From IMG/VR virus record IMGVR_UViG_3300032770_000003, positions 96,001 through 160,000 of that record: 64,000 bases of DNA. One strand, written 5' to 3'. The notes under the pieces are model-generated. The model was not told the origin of the DNA, did not search any database, and worked only from the letters and a program-made list of their open reading frames with translations. The position numbers and the translations under genes were made by a program. The stretch is from a virus. Positions 46,460 through 56,272 of this stretch are shown one piece after another; the stretch's first letter is position 1, and each line of letters starts with the position of its first letter.

Positions 46460-46981
46460 CTACTGTGTGGGGATCTCGTACCTCTGCAGGAATGCAGGCA
46501 TCGGCAACCGCTCAACGTCGTCATGGTCATTGGCGCTTATCAACTCCCTCGTCGCCCAGTCCTCAGCTTGCTGCCGCTGCTCCGGCGTCCAGCGGAGGAT
46601 CTCATCGAAGGTCGGAGCCCGCGCCAACACCAGGCTCAGCAGGTCGGTCAAGATACGTTGGTTGTCATCGACCACGGCGCCAGGTCGGCACGCGCGACAG
46701 AAGTGCGCATCACGGTCATTCAGCACCTCACAGTCTCGGCAAATCCACTTGTTGCTGACCCCCGGACAGTACGTCGCGTAGGGGCCCACGACCCGCACGA
46801 AACAATGGCAACAAACGTACGCCGTCAGGTTGTGGCGCATCGGTAGCGGATCGTCATGTGGGATCTCTTCACCGAGCTTGTGAGTCGCGGGAATCCTCGC
46901 GCCACCCTGCTGGCAGACATGACAGATCACACCAGTACAAGACTGGCTGACGAAGTGTTTGGCCTCTACCCTCGTTGACAT
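46460..46981 (-). CDS. Cys-rich zinc-finger protein
   Basis: CHVC, CCHC, WICRDC...CRAC; GGAGG RBS. Confidence 0.55.
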   Translation of the reverse strand: MSTRVEAKHFVSQSCTGVICHVCQQGGARIPATHKLGEEIPHDDPLPMRHNLTAYVCCHCFVRVVGPYATYCPGVSNKWICRDCEVLNDRDAHFCRACRPGAVVDDNQRILTDLLSLVLARAPTFDEILRWTPEQRQQAEDWATRELISANDHDDVERLPMPAFLQRYEIPTQ

Positions 46982-47097
46982 GGGGGCCTCCTTTCGACCC
47001 CCACTACGGTAGCACAGTGAGGTCCATCGGTAATCGGGGGTGGGTCGTGAGTCGAACACGACCTTGCGGGAGCCCTACTGCTCACCACCCTGTTTGG

Positions 47098-48690
47098 CTA
47101 TTCGGCGTTGGTTCCTTCCACCTCCGGGTGCGCCTCCGGCACACGAACTTTGTCAGCCTTGCCCGCGATGGCAACCCTTCCCGTGTAGGTCAGTGAAGCG
47201 GCGATCTTGCTGAGTCCCGCCTCCACACACTGACCGATGATTTCAGCCGCCTCGATCTCGGCATCGACAGGCTCCTCACGCTTCTCGTTGAGCATGTCGA
47301 TCTGAGCTTGCATGTGGTTGGCGGCAGTGACCAGATCGGCACCCGTGATCCGTATCGATTCATCACCAGGCTTGATGTGCCTGATCGCAGAGAGCTTCGA
47401 GCGCTCCACCGCCTCACGAATCGAGGCGGGAATGAAGCCCCGCAGCTTCTCCCCAGCCAACGTCAGGTCTTCCTTGTCGGCGATGAGACCGCGCCCATAG
47501 AGCCGCATGAGCCGCTCCGCTGCCTTGGCATCCGGCGCTCGAACCGGTACCACGGTATCGATGCGACCCGGCCGCAGCATGGCCTGATTGATCCCTTGCA
47601 CCTTGTTGGTCGTGAGCACCACGATGACCTCGGTGTTTTTCGCGTCGACACCGTCGAGGGTGTTGAGGATCTCGTTGACCTTCGCGGTGCGCGCATCGGG
47701 AGCTTCGTCGCCGTCCTCGTCCACCTGGATCTGGTTGATGTCCTCGGCGAACACCACACAGGGCTGGTACTGTCGAGCCATGGCGATCGCGCGTCCGAGG
47801 TCAGTAGCAGCCTTCACATAGATGAAGGTCCAGCGCGCCTTGGAGTTCACGCACTTGGCAGCCGTCACGTACGCTGCCAACGTCTTCCCCACTCCGTAAG
47901 GTCCTTCGAGCAGGATTCCGCGCTTGAGCGGAATCTTGAAAAACCGGCACACGTCGGTGTGCTCGATGGGCGCGAACAGCGCCGTCTCGATCATGTCCTG
48001 GACCTCGTCGGTGAAGATCAGTTCCTCCGGATGCACGTCCGTGAGATCCATAAACGAGGGCAGGTAACCGGGCTGGATCGAGAAAGGCCCATCACTGTCT
48101 GCATCGGGGAAGACCACCGAGATCGCCTTGCCGCGGAAGATCGAGTGCTCCTTGATCCAGTTCCGCAGGAGCATCACGATCTCGTTGACCTGGTCTTCGC
48201 TCTTGCGCCGGATCTCACCGCTCAGCTTGAACTTGACCGTCTTGTCCGGCATGACGCGAAAGTCGGCGTGAAGGAACCCCTCGACGTTGGGCAGCTCGAA
48301 GCGGCCCCACGGTACCTGGATCGTCTTGCCCGGTTCGATCTCCACACCGATCAACGTCGGCGGGGTTTCACCGAAGAAGTGCTCGTCGCCCTTGACGTCA
48401 ACGAATCCGTACTTGTTCTGCAGCACGGACAACAGCGCGTGAGCCCCCTCGACCGGGTAGCAGTCGATCACGTGTGAGACCTGGACGATCGTCTTCTCTT
48501 TCTCGATCTGGCGTGCGATCCAGACGGCGGCTTCTTCGTGTGACATGCCCTCCGGGAAGATCATCTTGTTGCCCTCGCGGGCGAACGTGACGTCTTTGAA
48601 TTTGGTATCGATGTCTTCCTCTTTTGGCTTCTTCGAGTCCTTCAGATTCTGAAGCGCTTTCTGCAGTGTGGACGCGGTCGGTGTTCCCAT
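47098..48690 (-). CDS. AAA+ ATPase (FtsH/CDC48-like clade)
   Basis: RGILLEGPYGVGKT, FAED, ILNTLDG, LTTN, RPGRID. Confidence 0.88.
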   Translation of the reverse strand: MGTPTASTLQKALQNLKDSKKPKEEDIDTKFKDVTFAREGNKMIFPEGMSHEEAAVWIARQIEKEKTIVQVSHVIDCYPVEGAHALLSVLQNKYGFVDVKGDEHFFGETPPTLIGVEIEPGKTIQVPWGRFELPNVEGFLHADFRVMPDKTVKFKLSGEIRRKSEDQVNEIVMLLRNWIKEHSIFRGKAISVVFPDADSDGPFSIQPGYLPSFMDLTDVHPEELIFTDEVQDMIETALFAPIEHTDVCRFFKIPLKRGILLEGPYGVGKTLAAYVTAAKCVNSKARWTFIYVKAATDLGRAIAMARQYQPCVVFAEDINQIQVDEDGDEAPDARTAKVNEILNTLDGVDAKNTEVIVVLTTNKVQGINQAMLRPGRIDTVVPVRAPDAKAAERLMRLYGRGLIADKEDLTLAGEKLRGFIPASIREAVERSKLSAIRHIKPGDESIRITGADLVTAANHMQAQIDMLNEKREEPVDAEIEAAEIIGQCVEAGLSKIAASLTYTGRVAIAGKADKVRVPEAHPEVEGTNAE

Positions 48691-49030
48691 TGAGTTAATT
48701 CCTTTCTGAATCGAGACGATGATTTCCTCTGGCACATGCTCTGGCGCAAGTCCGGCTTGCTTTACGATGCTGATGAAGACAGCACCTGCTGCTTACTCAA
48801 AAAGAGGCGATGGCAGATTGGCTGCATCGATCCTCTGTAGTCGCTCGATGATCTCTCCCGCCTTCTTGTTCGGAAGGACCACGCGAGCGAACACGGCTAG
48901 ATCACATAGAACGCACACATTCAAAACCCTCCTTGGAATGGGGAAGGGCTTGTCCCGCACCCTCGGGGACCAAGTCCAAGTTGAAAAAGAAATCGCACCC
49001 TGCCATGAGACCCGGCATGGGTGCAACTCC

Positions 49031-49249
49031 CTATTCGCGTTTTACGAGTGCGTACCCGAACTGACCTGCGACTACACGCAGAGCTGGCTCGTCACTACCC
49101 GGTGCTGCTTGAACCTTGCTGATCAGCACGTCGAGTCCGTGGGCCCGCGGCGCCGCATAGTCCTCATCCCTGTAGCAGACCAGTTGTTCCAGTGCAGTCA
49201 GCACCAACTGGCGCTCAGCTTCAGAGAGCACCAACAAAGTCCAATCCAT
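49031..49249 (-). CDS. hypothetical protein
   Basis: 72-aa ORF. Confidence 0.4.
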   Translation of the reverse strand: MDWTLLVLSEAERQLVLTALEQLVCYRDEDYAAPRAHGLDVLISKVQAAPGSDEPALRVVAGQFGYALVKRE

Positions 49250-49593
49250 CGCCCTGGGGCGAACCCTACCAGAGGCGTACTTCGTCGCGCCAGAAAGATC
49301 GGCTCACCGACGGAGTTCGTCGGTGCGGCCCGCTCGCACGTATCTCGCTAGCTCGTGCATGAGCGCGAGCCACGCCAAGCGCCCCGGACGGATAGCGAAA
49401 CTCCGGGCCGCTGCCCGGAGCTGCCACGCCCACCGCCAGGTATGCTTGTCCCGTGTTGGGGCATAGACGACACCGACTGGGCTCAGTCGATGCACGGCTT
49501 GCGCGTACTTGCCGATTGCACGTCTGGTGGTTCGTGCTCGGTACTTCCGCCCGCCTTGCCACTCCGTAAGTATCTTGCGTGCTAGTCGAGCCC

Positions 49594-49803
49594 TCATCGG
49601 TTCTCCTTGGTTTTGACGACCACCTCTTCGAAGCGGCTATTCCGCATCAGGATCGTGCCCACCGACTCGCGGAGCTGCGGACCCGCACAGATCAGCGCCA
49701 GAAGCGTCTTCTTGTCGCCGGCTCGCCGAGCACCACTCACGATACGTTGGATGGCTGCATCCGTTGCGATGTACTTCACCGCCGGCTGTTTCTGCTGAGA
49801 CAT
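49594..49803 (-). CDS. hypothetical protein
   Basis: Downstream of a 20-bp motif copy; AGGAGG RBS. Confidence 0.55.
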   Translation of the reverse strand: MSQQKQPAVKYIATDAAIQRIVSGARRAGDKKTLLALICAGPQLRESVGTILMRNSRFEEVVVKTKENR

Positions 49804-50049
49804 GACAACCCTCCTTCCGGAGGGAGGTCGATCTGCACAGAAGTTACGGCGGCGGGATCGGCTGCTGTTCGTCGACCGCATCCAAGATCTCAGCGATCTT
49901 CAGCCACGCGGTACCGCCACCACAAGACGACGACGCCGCGATCGCACTGATCGCGGCCAGCGCCCGCCGGAGATAGCGACTCTCGGGGCAACCGCATTCT
50001 GCGAACGCTTGAGGCGTGCGATCTTCCCGCAGCGGCTGCTCGACGACGC

Positions 50050-50562
50050 TCACGCCCACCCTCTGGACTCGGCGTACAGTTGGTCTTCTTGAGCAGCTTC
50101 GTGCCGGAGCTGCTCTTTCACGCGCATCATGGCCAAGCCGTAGCTGCGCAGCTCCAAGGCGACCCTGGCGGTCGTCTTGTCCCGTTCGCTGGTGCGTCTG
50201 TTTGCGATGTCAGCCCGCAACTCCGTGATCGTGTGTGTCACAAGCCAATAGATATCGTAGACCCAGGGTCGTGAAATTTGAAACAAATCAGCGACAGCGT
50301 TGATGCCGTCGGCACCTTTGTCACCTAGTGGTTGGCGCCGAACGCAAACCGCTCCGATCGCACACGTTCCACAGCTCGGCTTCTTCTCCTCAGAATTATC
50401 AGGGTGCCATACGCCGTTCCGGCGGACGCCCACGTGAGGATTGAAACCAGGCCCGTACTTGACGATCCAAAGAATGTCCTCTTTGACGTCCTGTACGAAG
50501 CGCGTGACTTCTTCCGGTGTGGGATCCGGGATCTCGTATGAAGTTTGAAGTGACATGGTCAC
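50050..50562 (-). CDS. hypothetical protein
   Basis: 170-aa ORF. Confidence 0.5.
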   Translation of the reverse strand: MTMSLQTSYEIPDPTPEEVTRFVQDVKEDILWIVKYGPGFNPHVGVRRNGVWHPDNSEEKKPSCGTCAIGAVCVRRQPLGDKGADGINAVADLFQISRPWVYDIYWLVTHTITELRADIANRRTSERDKTTARVALELRSYGLAMMRVKEQLRHEAAQEDQLYAESRGWA

Positions 50563-50665
50563 GACACTCTAGATCAGGAGTCGTGACCCAGACAACCTCA
50601 AAACAGGATGTCCGTCATACAGGCGTCACAGGTCCCCCGCCCGGGGACGGCCGCACGCTGCTGGG

Positions 50666-50860
50666 TTATCGCTCGACCTCGAACCAGGCGACGACAAGCC
50701 CGTCATCGTCATGAATCTCGACGGTCAGCGCCCCCGTGTTGGCGGCCTGCCGGCGGGCATCCGCCAGAATCAGGGCCCGCACGTGGTCACTCGTAGCGCC
50801 GTCGAGGTCGTGCCAATTGGCACTTTGTGTGGCGTCCAGATGAAGTGTCAGTTGCTGCAT
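50666..50860 (-). CDS. hypothetical protein
   Basis: Downstream of a 20-bp motif copy; GGAG RBS. Confidence 0.55.
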   Translation of the reverse strand: MQQLTLHLDATQSANWHDLDGATSDHVRALILADARRQAANTGALTVEIHDDDGLVVAWFEVER

Positions 50861-50903
50861 CTCTCCCTACCTCCGGCAAAAGGTCGATCTGCACAAAAGT
50901 CAA

Positions 50904-51275
50904 CTACTCGTCATCGTCGGTGGGCTTGCGCTCGAAGGACTCGAAGCTCCGCGGCTCATGGTGCTGCGCCATGCTCATGGCCAGCGTGACGGCGTGGGCG
51001 ACACCCGTGGGAGGCTCCGACACCCCGGCGCCGAAGTTGTCGGCGCACGCTTCCTCCCACAGCGCCGCCAGGGCCGCCCGGATGACCTCCTCCTCGGCAG
51101 CCGTCGCACCCGCGATCGCAGTCGTGAACGCGGGCCGGTCAAACGCGCATGCGTCGAGATCGACTTCGAAGCCGCAGCGCTCATCGATGCGATCCGAGAC
51201 GTATTGAATCCACGCGTCGTAGTCCGCTTCGGTGACGTCTCCCATGTTGTAGCTCGTCAAAGTCACAGAAATCAT
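50904..51275 (-). CDS. acidic hypothetical protein
   Basis: ATGA coupling. Confidence 0.55.
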   Translation of the reverse strand: MISVTLTSYNMGDVTEADYDAWIQYVSDRIDERCGFEVDLDACAFDRPAFTTAIAGATAAEEEVIRAALAALWEEACADNFGAGVSEPPTGVAHAVTLAMSMAQHHEPRSFESFERKPTDDDE

Positions 51276-51658
51276 TGTTGCCTCCCTGGTAACCAGAAGC
51301 TGGGGCTGCTACGCACCACATTCGGGTGTTGGTCGGGTGCGAGCACAAAGCCCAGGCGCGCCAGCCCCGGCACCAACTGCTGATTGAGAACGTTCTCCAG
51401 GTAGAGTGTCAGGTCAGGGTAGTCGGTGCGCAGCTGGTGAATCAGCGCCTTGAACGAGCCCCGCCCCGGTTCAGTCGCGCTCGCCGAAGCGATGGTGAAC
51501 ACGGGATTCCAAGGCTTGCGATCGATGTACCGTGGCCCGAAGCGCACGTACAACGAGCTGAAGCCCGGCTGCTGAATGTGACGGCCAACTGGCCAGTTCA
51601 GTTCACGACCGTAGGCAATGAACTGTGCAAGATCCATCATCGTTGTCTTCGCTCTCAT
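51272..51658 (-). CDS. possible GNAT-fold protein
   Basis: PGRGSF...LYLENV...LARLGF. Confidence 0.4.
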   Translation of the reverse strand: MRAKTTMMDLAQFIAYGRELNWPVGRHIQQPGFSSLYVRFGPRYIDRKPWNPVFTIASASATEPGRGSFKALIHQLRTDYPDLTLYLENVLNQQLVPGLARLGFVLAPDQHPNVVRSSPSFWLPGRQQ

Positions 51659-52017
51659 GCCTTGTCCTCCGCGATGGCACGCAAACAATCAACCACAGCA
51701 AGCCAAACCAGGAAGAGCAGCCCCGCGTCCCAACCCAGTAGCACAGTGGTCAGCACGACGGTCGGAATGTAGATCACCAGGCGGATCACGATTCACTACT
51801 CCCGATCGCTAGTCATCTTCGTCAGCCAGAGCGATCGCGATCCTCGTCGCTACGAACTGCGCGACCCCTTGCGAGCCATGAAGCTTTTCCCAGCGCGCCA
51901 GTCCTTCCGCGATGGAAAGGATGTGATCGTTCTCGACGGTGCAGGTGCAGATGGGTGGGCTGAGCGGCCCACTGTTCGCGTTCAGCATGCAGTCTTCATC
52001 GTGGTTTGCTGTTGGCT

Positions 52018-52191
52018 TCATAGCGGCCTCTTGAGGAAAGCAGTCAGGCATGTCGTGTCGTCCTGGGAGGAAGTAGAAACAACGACTGAGACCAGCTCCC
52101 AGCCTGTCGCCCCGAACGTGTCGAGCGTGTCCTGGAGTGCCTCCGGCTGATCCTCTTTCACCTGGCAGCACATGTATTCCCACTTGGTCAT
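52018..52191 (-). CDS. DUF4177-like small protein
   Basis: KWEY...LDTFGATGWELVSV...FLKRP. Confidence 0.6.
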   Translation of the reverse strand: MTKWEYMCCQVKEDQPEALQDTLDTFGATGWELVSVVVSTSSQDDTTCLTAFLKRPL

Positions 52192-52360
52192 CGGCTTCTC
52201 CGAAGCTGTTCGATTTCCAGCTCGTTCATGCGCTCGACCATCCACTCGCCCGGTGAGCCGCCGTAGCCCTCATCGATGTTGGCGCGGAAGGTCTTCCAGC
52301 TGGTTTCAAGCTCAGCCAGCTCGCGGGTCAGCTCCGCATCGCTCAGGGCGGTGGCCGGTC

Positions 52361-52651
52361 TCATTTGGGTGGCTGGGGCATGGTGGACTTGATGGCCTTG
52401 TTGAGCGCCCAGTAGCGCCGAGCGAAGGCAACGTCCTGCTTGGTGAGGTAGCGATAGTCCCGCAAAGTGGTGTCCTCCTCATCATTCGGCATGCAGCCGA
52501 TGTCGAGCACTGACAGCCGCGTGTCCTTGAAGTACCGGTCCCCGGCGGGGATGTGCCGGTTGAGCCACTTGATGGCCCGGACCACAGCCAGGGCATCTTC
52601 AGCCGACGCGCATTCGATGGTCCCGTCGGGCCGCACGGCAAACTTTCCCAT
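52361..52651 (-). CDS. hypothetical protein
   Basis: 96-aa ORF with RBS. Confidence 0.5.
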   Translation of the reverse strand: MGKFAVRPDGTIECASAEDALAVVRAIKWLNRHIPAGDRYFKDTRLSVLDIGCMPNDEEDTTLRDYRYLTKQDVAFARRYWALNKAIKSTMPQPPK

Positions 52652-52979
52652 TGAAGTTGTCCCTTCCCCTTGGTTCCAAGTTCCTGAGTCAAAGTGCTAC
52701 GTTACAGCCCCAACACCCATCCCACTGTCACCTCGAAGTGTCACCCGCCCAGGCAGTCTAGCTCAGGGCCCCAAGCCCGTGAAGCACACTGCCGAAGTCC
52801 TTCATCTCCTTCATTTTCTTCACTCGTCATCCGCCTCCAGCATCACCCAGTGCCAGCCCCCCGCAGAGCGGGGATACCCAATGAAGCGATGCTTCTCCAG
52901 GTCGCTGATCGGTAGGGTAGGGAACTGACGCATGACCCCGCGCCGTTGCACGTCGGTCAGCTCCGCCCAGGTCTTGGCT

Positions 52980-53165
52980 TTAAGTGTCAGGGTCATTCTT
53001 GAGCAGGTCGAAGCCGTCCGTCGTGGTGTGCGGTTCGTCGAAGACCTCGAAGCGCCAGCCGTCCGCGACCTTGGACACGGTGAAGTTCCGTCCCTGCCGA
53101 ACCAGCTGGGCGCAGGTGTCGCTGGCGATCCTCTCGTCTGAAAGCGTGATGGTCTTTGCGTTCAT
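52980..53165 (-). CDS. hypothetical protein
   Basis: Downstream of a 20-bp motif copy; GGAGGAG RBS. Confidence 0.55.
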   Translation of the reverse strand: MNAKTITLSDERIASDTCAQLVRQGRNFTVSKVADGWRFEVFDEPHTTTDGFDLLKNDPDT

Positions 53166-53498
53166 GCTCTCCTCCGACCTCAAGGTCGATCCGCACAGAA
53201 GTCAAAGGGGACCCTACCATGGTAGGCTCGTAGCTAACCGCGTCAGTTTATATTATGCGTCAATTTAGTTTCTACCCCCAAAATTTTCGATCACAGGCCA
53301 GATGTCACCTCCGGGCCGCCGAGGAACGGTGGGCCCCTAAACAATGGCTATAAATAGCCCATCATTCCGCGGACCTACCGGTCTGAGAGGCAAAGCCTCT
53401 CAGACTGGCAGGTCAGCCTCTCACGCTGAGATGCTGGTGAGGCATGGCCGTAGGCCATGCTCACGGAGCATCTCAAGCTGAGGGGAATGATTGGGCTT

Positions 53499-53720
53499 TC
53501 AGGCCGAGAGGACGGGGTAGGCGGCTGCGGCCTTCGGGAGGTCGTGACGAGCGCGTCCAGCGGCCTTGCGGTTGCGGCAGTGCAGGCAGTTCTTGTGGGG
53601 GCGTGGCAGGAAGACGGGGCCTTCACCTCCGTGGCGAAGGGGAAGTGGGCAAATGTCCTTCCCGCATCCGGTGCATGCGACGTCTTCGAGGCCGTGCTTG
53701 GTGGGCTTGAGGATCATCAT
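53499..53720 (-). CDS. small zinc-finger protein
   Basis: CTGC...CLHC; downstream of a 20-bp motif copy. Confidence 0.55.
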   Translation of the reverse strand: MMILKPTKHGLEDVACTGCGKDICPLPLRHGGEGPVFLPRPHKNCLHCRNRKAAGRARHDLPKAAAAYPVLSA

Positions 53721-53973
53721 GGGTCGGTCTCCTTTCACGCTGAGAGGTCGATCTACGCAGAAGTTTTGACGCCTTGGGCCCAATTGTAACTTCGAAGTTC
53801 TTTCGGCCTGGGGCGCAGATCAACTCAAGTGGTCGATATCGTTGGGATAATGCTTCGCGTCCATTTGTAAACAACAGGCCATTCCTACCGGCCTGAAAGG
53901 TGTTGACCTCTCAGACTGGTAGGGACCTGATGACGCCGACGCACGCACGACAGGCGCATGCTAACGTAGCAGA

Positions 53974-54354
53974 ATGCTTCGAAGTCCTACTTGGAAGGTC
54001 TACTGCCTGTTCGACCCACAAGACGGCGAGCTGCGCTATGTCGGGTGCACAGCTCAAGCACTCGGGGCCCGCATCCGGACGCACCGCCAGGTGCGCGAGC
54101 TACGCACAACCAACTGGGGTCTCTCCTACCTGCCTGAGGAGCGCGGCAAGTCCAAGAAAGAGATGTGGATCCGAGACCTCAGACGAAGAGGAGCCACCCC
54201 ATACGTCGTCGTGGTGTCCACCTTCCATGACAAGAAGACCGGTCTTCAGGCTGAGAGGTGGCTGATAAACCTATTGATAACGCTAGGTTACGCACTAACG
54301 AACAGCGACAGTCGTACACAAAAGCTTGCCCGACAGCGCTGCGGACAGTTCTGA
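53974..54354 (+). CDS. GIY-YIG endonuclease
   Basis: VYCLFDP...RYVGCT...R...H...AERWLI...LTN. Confidence 0.8.
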   Translation: MLRSPTWKVYCLFDPQDGELRYVGCTAQALGARIRTHRQVRELRTTNWGLSYLPEERGKSKKEMWIRDLRRRGATPYVVVVSTFHDKKTGLQAERWLINLLITLGYALTNSDSRTQKLARQRCGQF

Positions 54355-54716
54355 CGCTTTCACGCTACTGCACGTCTCACCTCTCTTTCCTTTGGCTGCG
54401 ACCTTCGAACCCCATGTCGGCACGGAAGGATGATGGCGTCCGGGTGGACCACACTCTCAGCTCGGAGGGCACGCTTGCGCCAGTAGAGGGTGGGCAGCGC
54501 CGCCAGCACCAGGAGAACCACATCAGCGACGAAGTGCATGGACCTCTCTCCTTTCAGCGGCGGATGAGCCGCTCTGCGAGCTGTGCGCGCCGAACCCAGC
54601 GCCGGGCGGTGATCAGAAGGCTCACACCGAGACCAAGCTGACCCGCGAGAATGACTGCTGCGACAAGTGTCATGACCTTTCTCCAGTAAAAGTGCTACGT
54701 TAGCGGACCCAATCAG

Positions 54717-54791
54717 TGGGCCCAGAGGCGAGGACTCGAACCTCGCTTTCCAACCGAGTGAGCAGTTGGTGACCCTGTCGTCCCTCTGGGC
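54717..54791 (-). ncRNA. non-canonical tRNA-like RNA with encoded CCA
   Basis: CCCAGAGG/CCTCTGGG acceptor, GGTTCGAGTCC T-arm, C-CCA end; small D-arm; atypical anticodon loop. Confidence 0.65.
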
Positions 54792-55012
54792 TGCCCGGGT
54801 TTCTCACTTCCCGAACGCCAAGAGGTCGATCTACACAGAAGTCAGGTCAGAGCGCGCCTAATGTAGGCAGCCTCACGACAAAAAACACACGCATCAAAAT
54901 GCTCTAGGATGCGCGTTCGCCTACCTCCAGGCACCTAGGGTCCATCCGCGCGATCGCCCAAAATCGGACCCAAAACCCTCGATTCCTGAAATGTCGCACA
55001 AAGTGCTTGACA

Positions 55013-55237
55013 TACTCTCAGGATGAGCGTACTGGCGACTGTTCCTCTCATCCTGAGAGGAACGCATTGAGAGTACGCGTCCGCGTACTCTCATACTGAG
55101 GTGCTGGGTCGTCTCAGGATTGAGACGACCCCCGCTCAGAGCCTTTCAGTCTGAGAGCCTTCGGCCTCTCAGACTGAGATAACTACGCGTTTTCCTTACG
55201 GAAAACGGAAGGCCCGGAAGCCCGCGTTCCGCGGGCT
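55013..55237. repeat. cluster of inverted repeats (CTCA/TGAG core), candidate origin or packaging region
   Basis: IRs at 55041-55063, 55068-55093, 55106-55131, 55146-55177, 55188-55207, 55219-55237. Confidence 0.7.
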
Positions 55238-55779
55238 GTGTGCTGGGAGAACATCTAGAGATACGGATGAGCTTCCTAGGGGTGAAGAGCACCTACAGAA
55301 GCAGACACAGAGGCTAGGTGAAAGGCATATCCCGAGAGCTGTGGTTCCCGTCCTTCCCGTTCCCCTCTCCTGTGGCTCTGTGGTCCCTCTCGTTGTCCTT
55401 CCCTGATCTCTCGGATGTTCTCGTTTCCTCTACTCTTTCTCGTCTGTTACCTGGTGGACTTGTGGGGGGCTATGACCTGCCATCCTGGTAGTGGTCTACT
55501 CCTCCCCTCTGGTGGTCCTTCCCAGGGTTTTGTGGGGGATGTGGAGGCTATTGAGGGGTGACAAGAGGGATTTTCTCGGGGGAATATTCGTGTCGGGTGT
55601 TTGGAGGTCGGTTGAGGGGGGTTGGGTGTGGTTTTCGGTGTGATTGAGAGGGGTTGGGATGGGAAGTGTGGGGGAAATAGGGGCTAAGATATGGGAATCG
55701 TTAGTGAAAGAGGGAATTTGGGTTGTGGAGTCTGGGGAGCTGGAAGTGGGTGGTTTGTGAGTGATTACGGCTAGTTAGC

Positions 55780-56268
55780 ATGTTTGGGTTGAGCTTGGGT
55801 TGGCTGGTGTGTCAGGGTCTTTCGGGATTCGTTGGTTTGGGGGATTGGAACTTCTACTTTGGAACACTGTGTTGCTACTTGGCTGCGGCCCTTTGGGCTG
55901 CTGGACTGACATGGCCTCCTGCGCCTGTGCCGCTCGGTCTTCTCAACCTGCCTCTTGTCAACCTGCCTCTTGTCAACCTGCCTCTCACTTCCCCGCCGCA
56001 CATTCCAGCGGGGGCGCTGACCAAAGAAGAGGCAATGTTTATGCTGACTTGCATCTGGAGCAGCGCCGAGAGCGGTGCTTTGCCGGGTCAGCTCTTTGGG
56101 CAGACCGCCAAGCTCATTCGCTTGATGCGCAGCGTGGTGCCCGACTTCGATCCTGACGCCATGCTGGAGCGCATCAAGCACAAGCTGGTCGCTTTGGCGG
56201 TCGTGGAAGAAATGGGTCCGCGAGATGAGCCGTTGACCAACGCAGTCAAAGCGGGGCCCTGGTGGTGA
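55780..56268 (+). CDS. membrane-anchored hypothetical protein containing a 15-bp tandem repeat
   Basis: TM segments; TCAACCTGCCTCTTG repeated about 3 times at 55943-55985. Confidence 0.5.
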   Translation: MFGLSLGWLVCQGLSGFVGLGDWNFYFGTLCCYLAAALWAAGLTWPPAPVPLGLLNLPLVNLPLVNLPLTSPPHIPAGALTKEEAMFMLTCIWSSAESGALPGQLFGQTAKLIRLMRSVVPDFDPDAMLERIKHKLVALAVVEEMGPRDEPLTNAVKAGPWW

Positions 56269-56272
56269 GGCC

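Noticed and set aside
1498-48477. Many long plus-strand ORFs opposite structural and replication genes (e.g. 1498, 4630, 19803, 36233, 47308)
   Set aside because: Expected shadows in GC-rich coding DNA; no motifs or paralog conservation, unlike the two intein-internal ORFs
53920-53990. Possible hammerhead ribozyme (CTGATGA) or group I intron around the GIY-YIG gene
   Set aside because: No GAAA directly after stem II, no interrupted host gene and no recognisable intron core
54717-54791. Assignment as a standard tRNA-Sec, tRNA-His or tRNA-Val
   Set aside because: No long variable arm, no GUG anticodon and no canonical 7-nt anticodon loop; kept only as tRNA-like
14372-54842. 20-bp repeats read as a CRISPR array or as a recurring FCADRP peptide
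   Set aside because: Dispersed, not regularly spaced, no cas genes; the peptide arises only from ORFs over-extended upstream of the true starts
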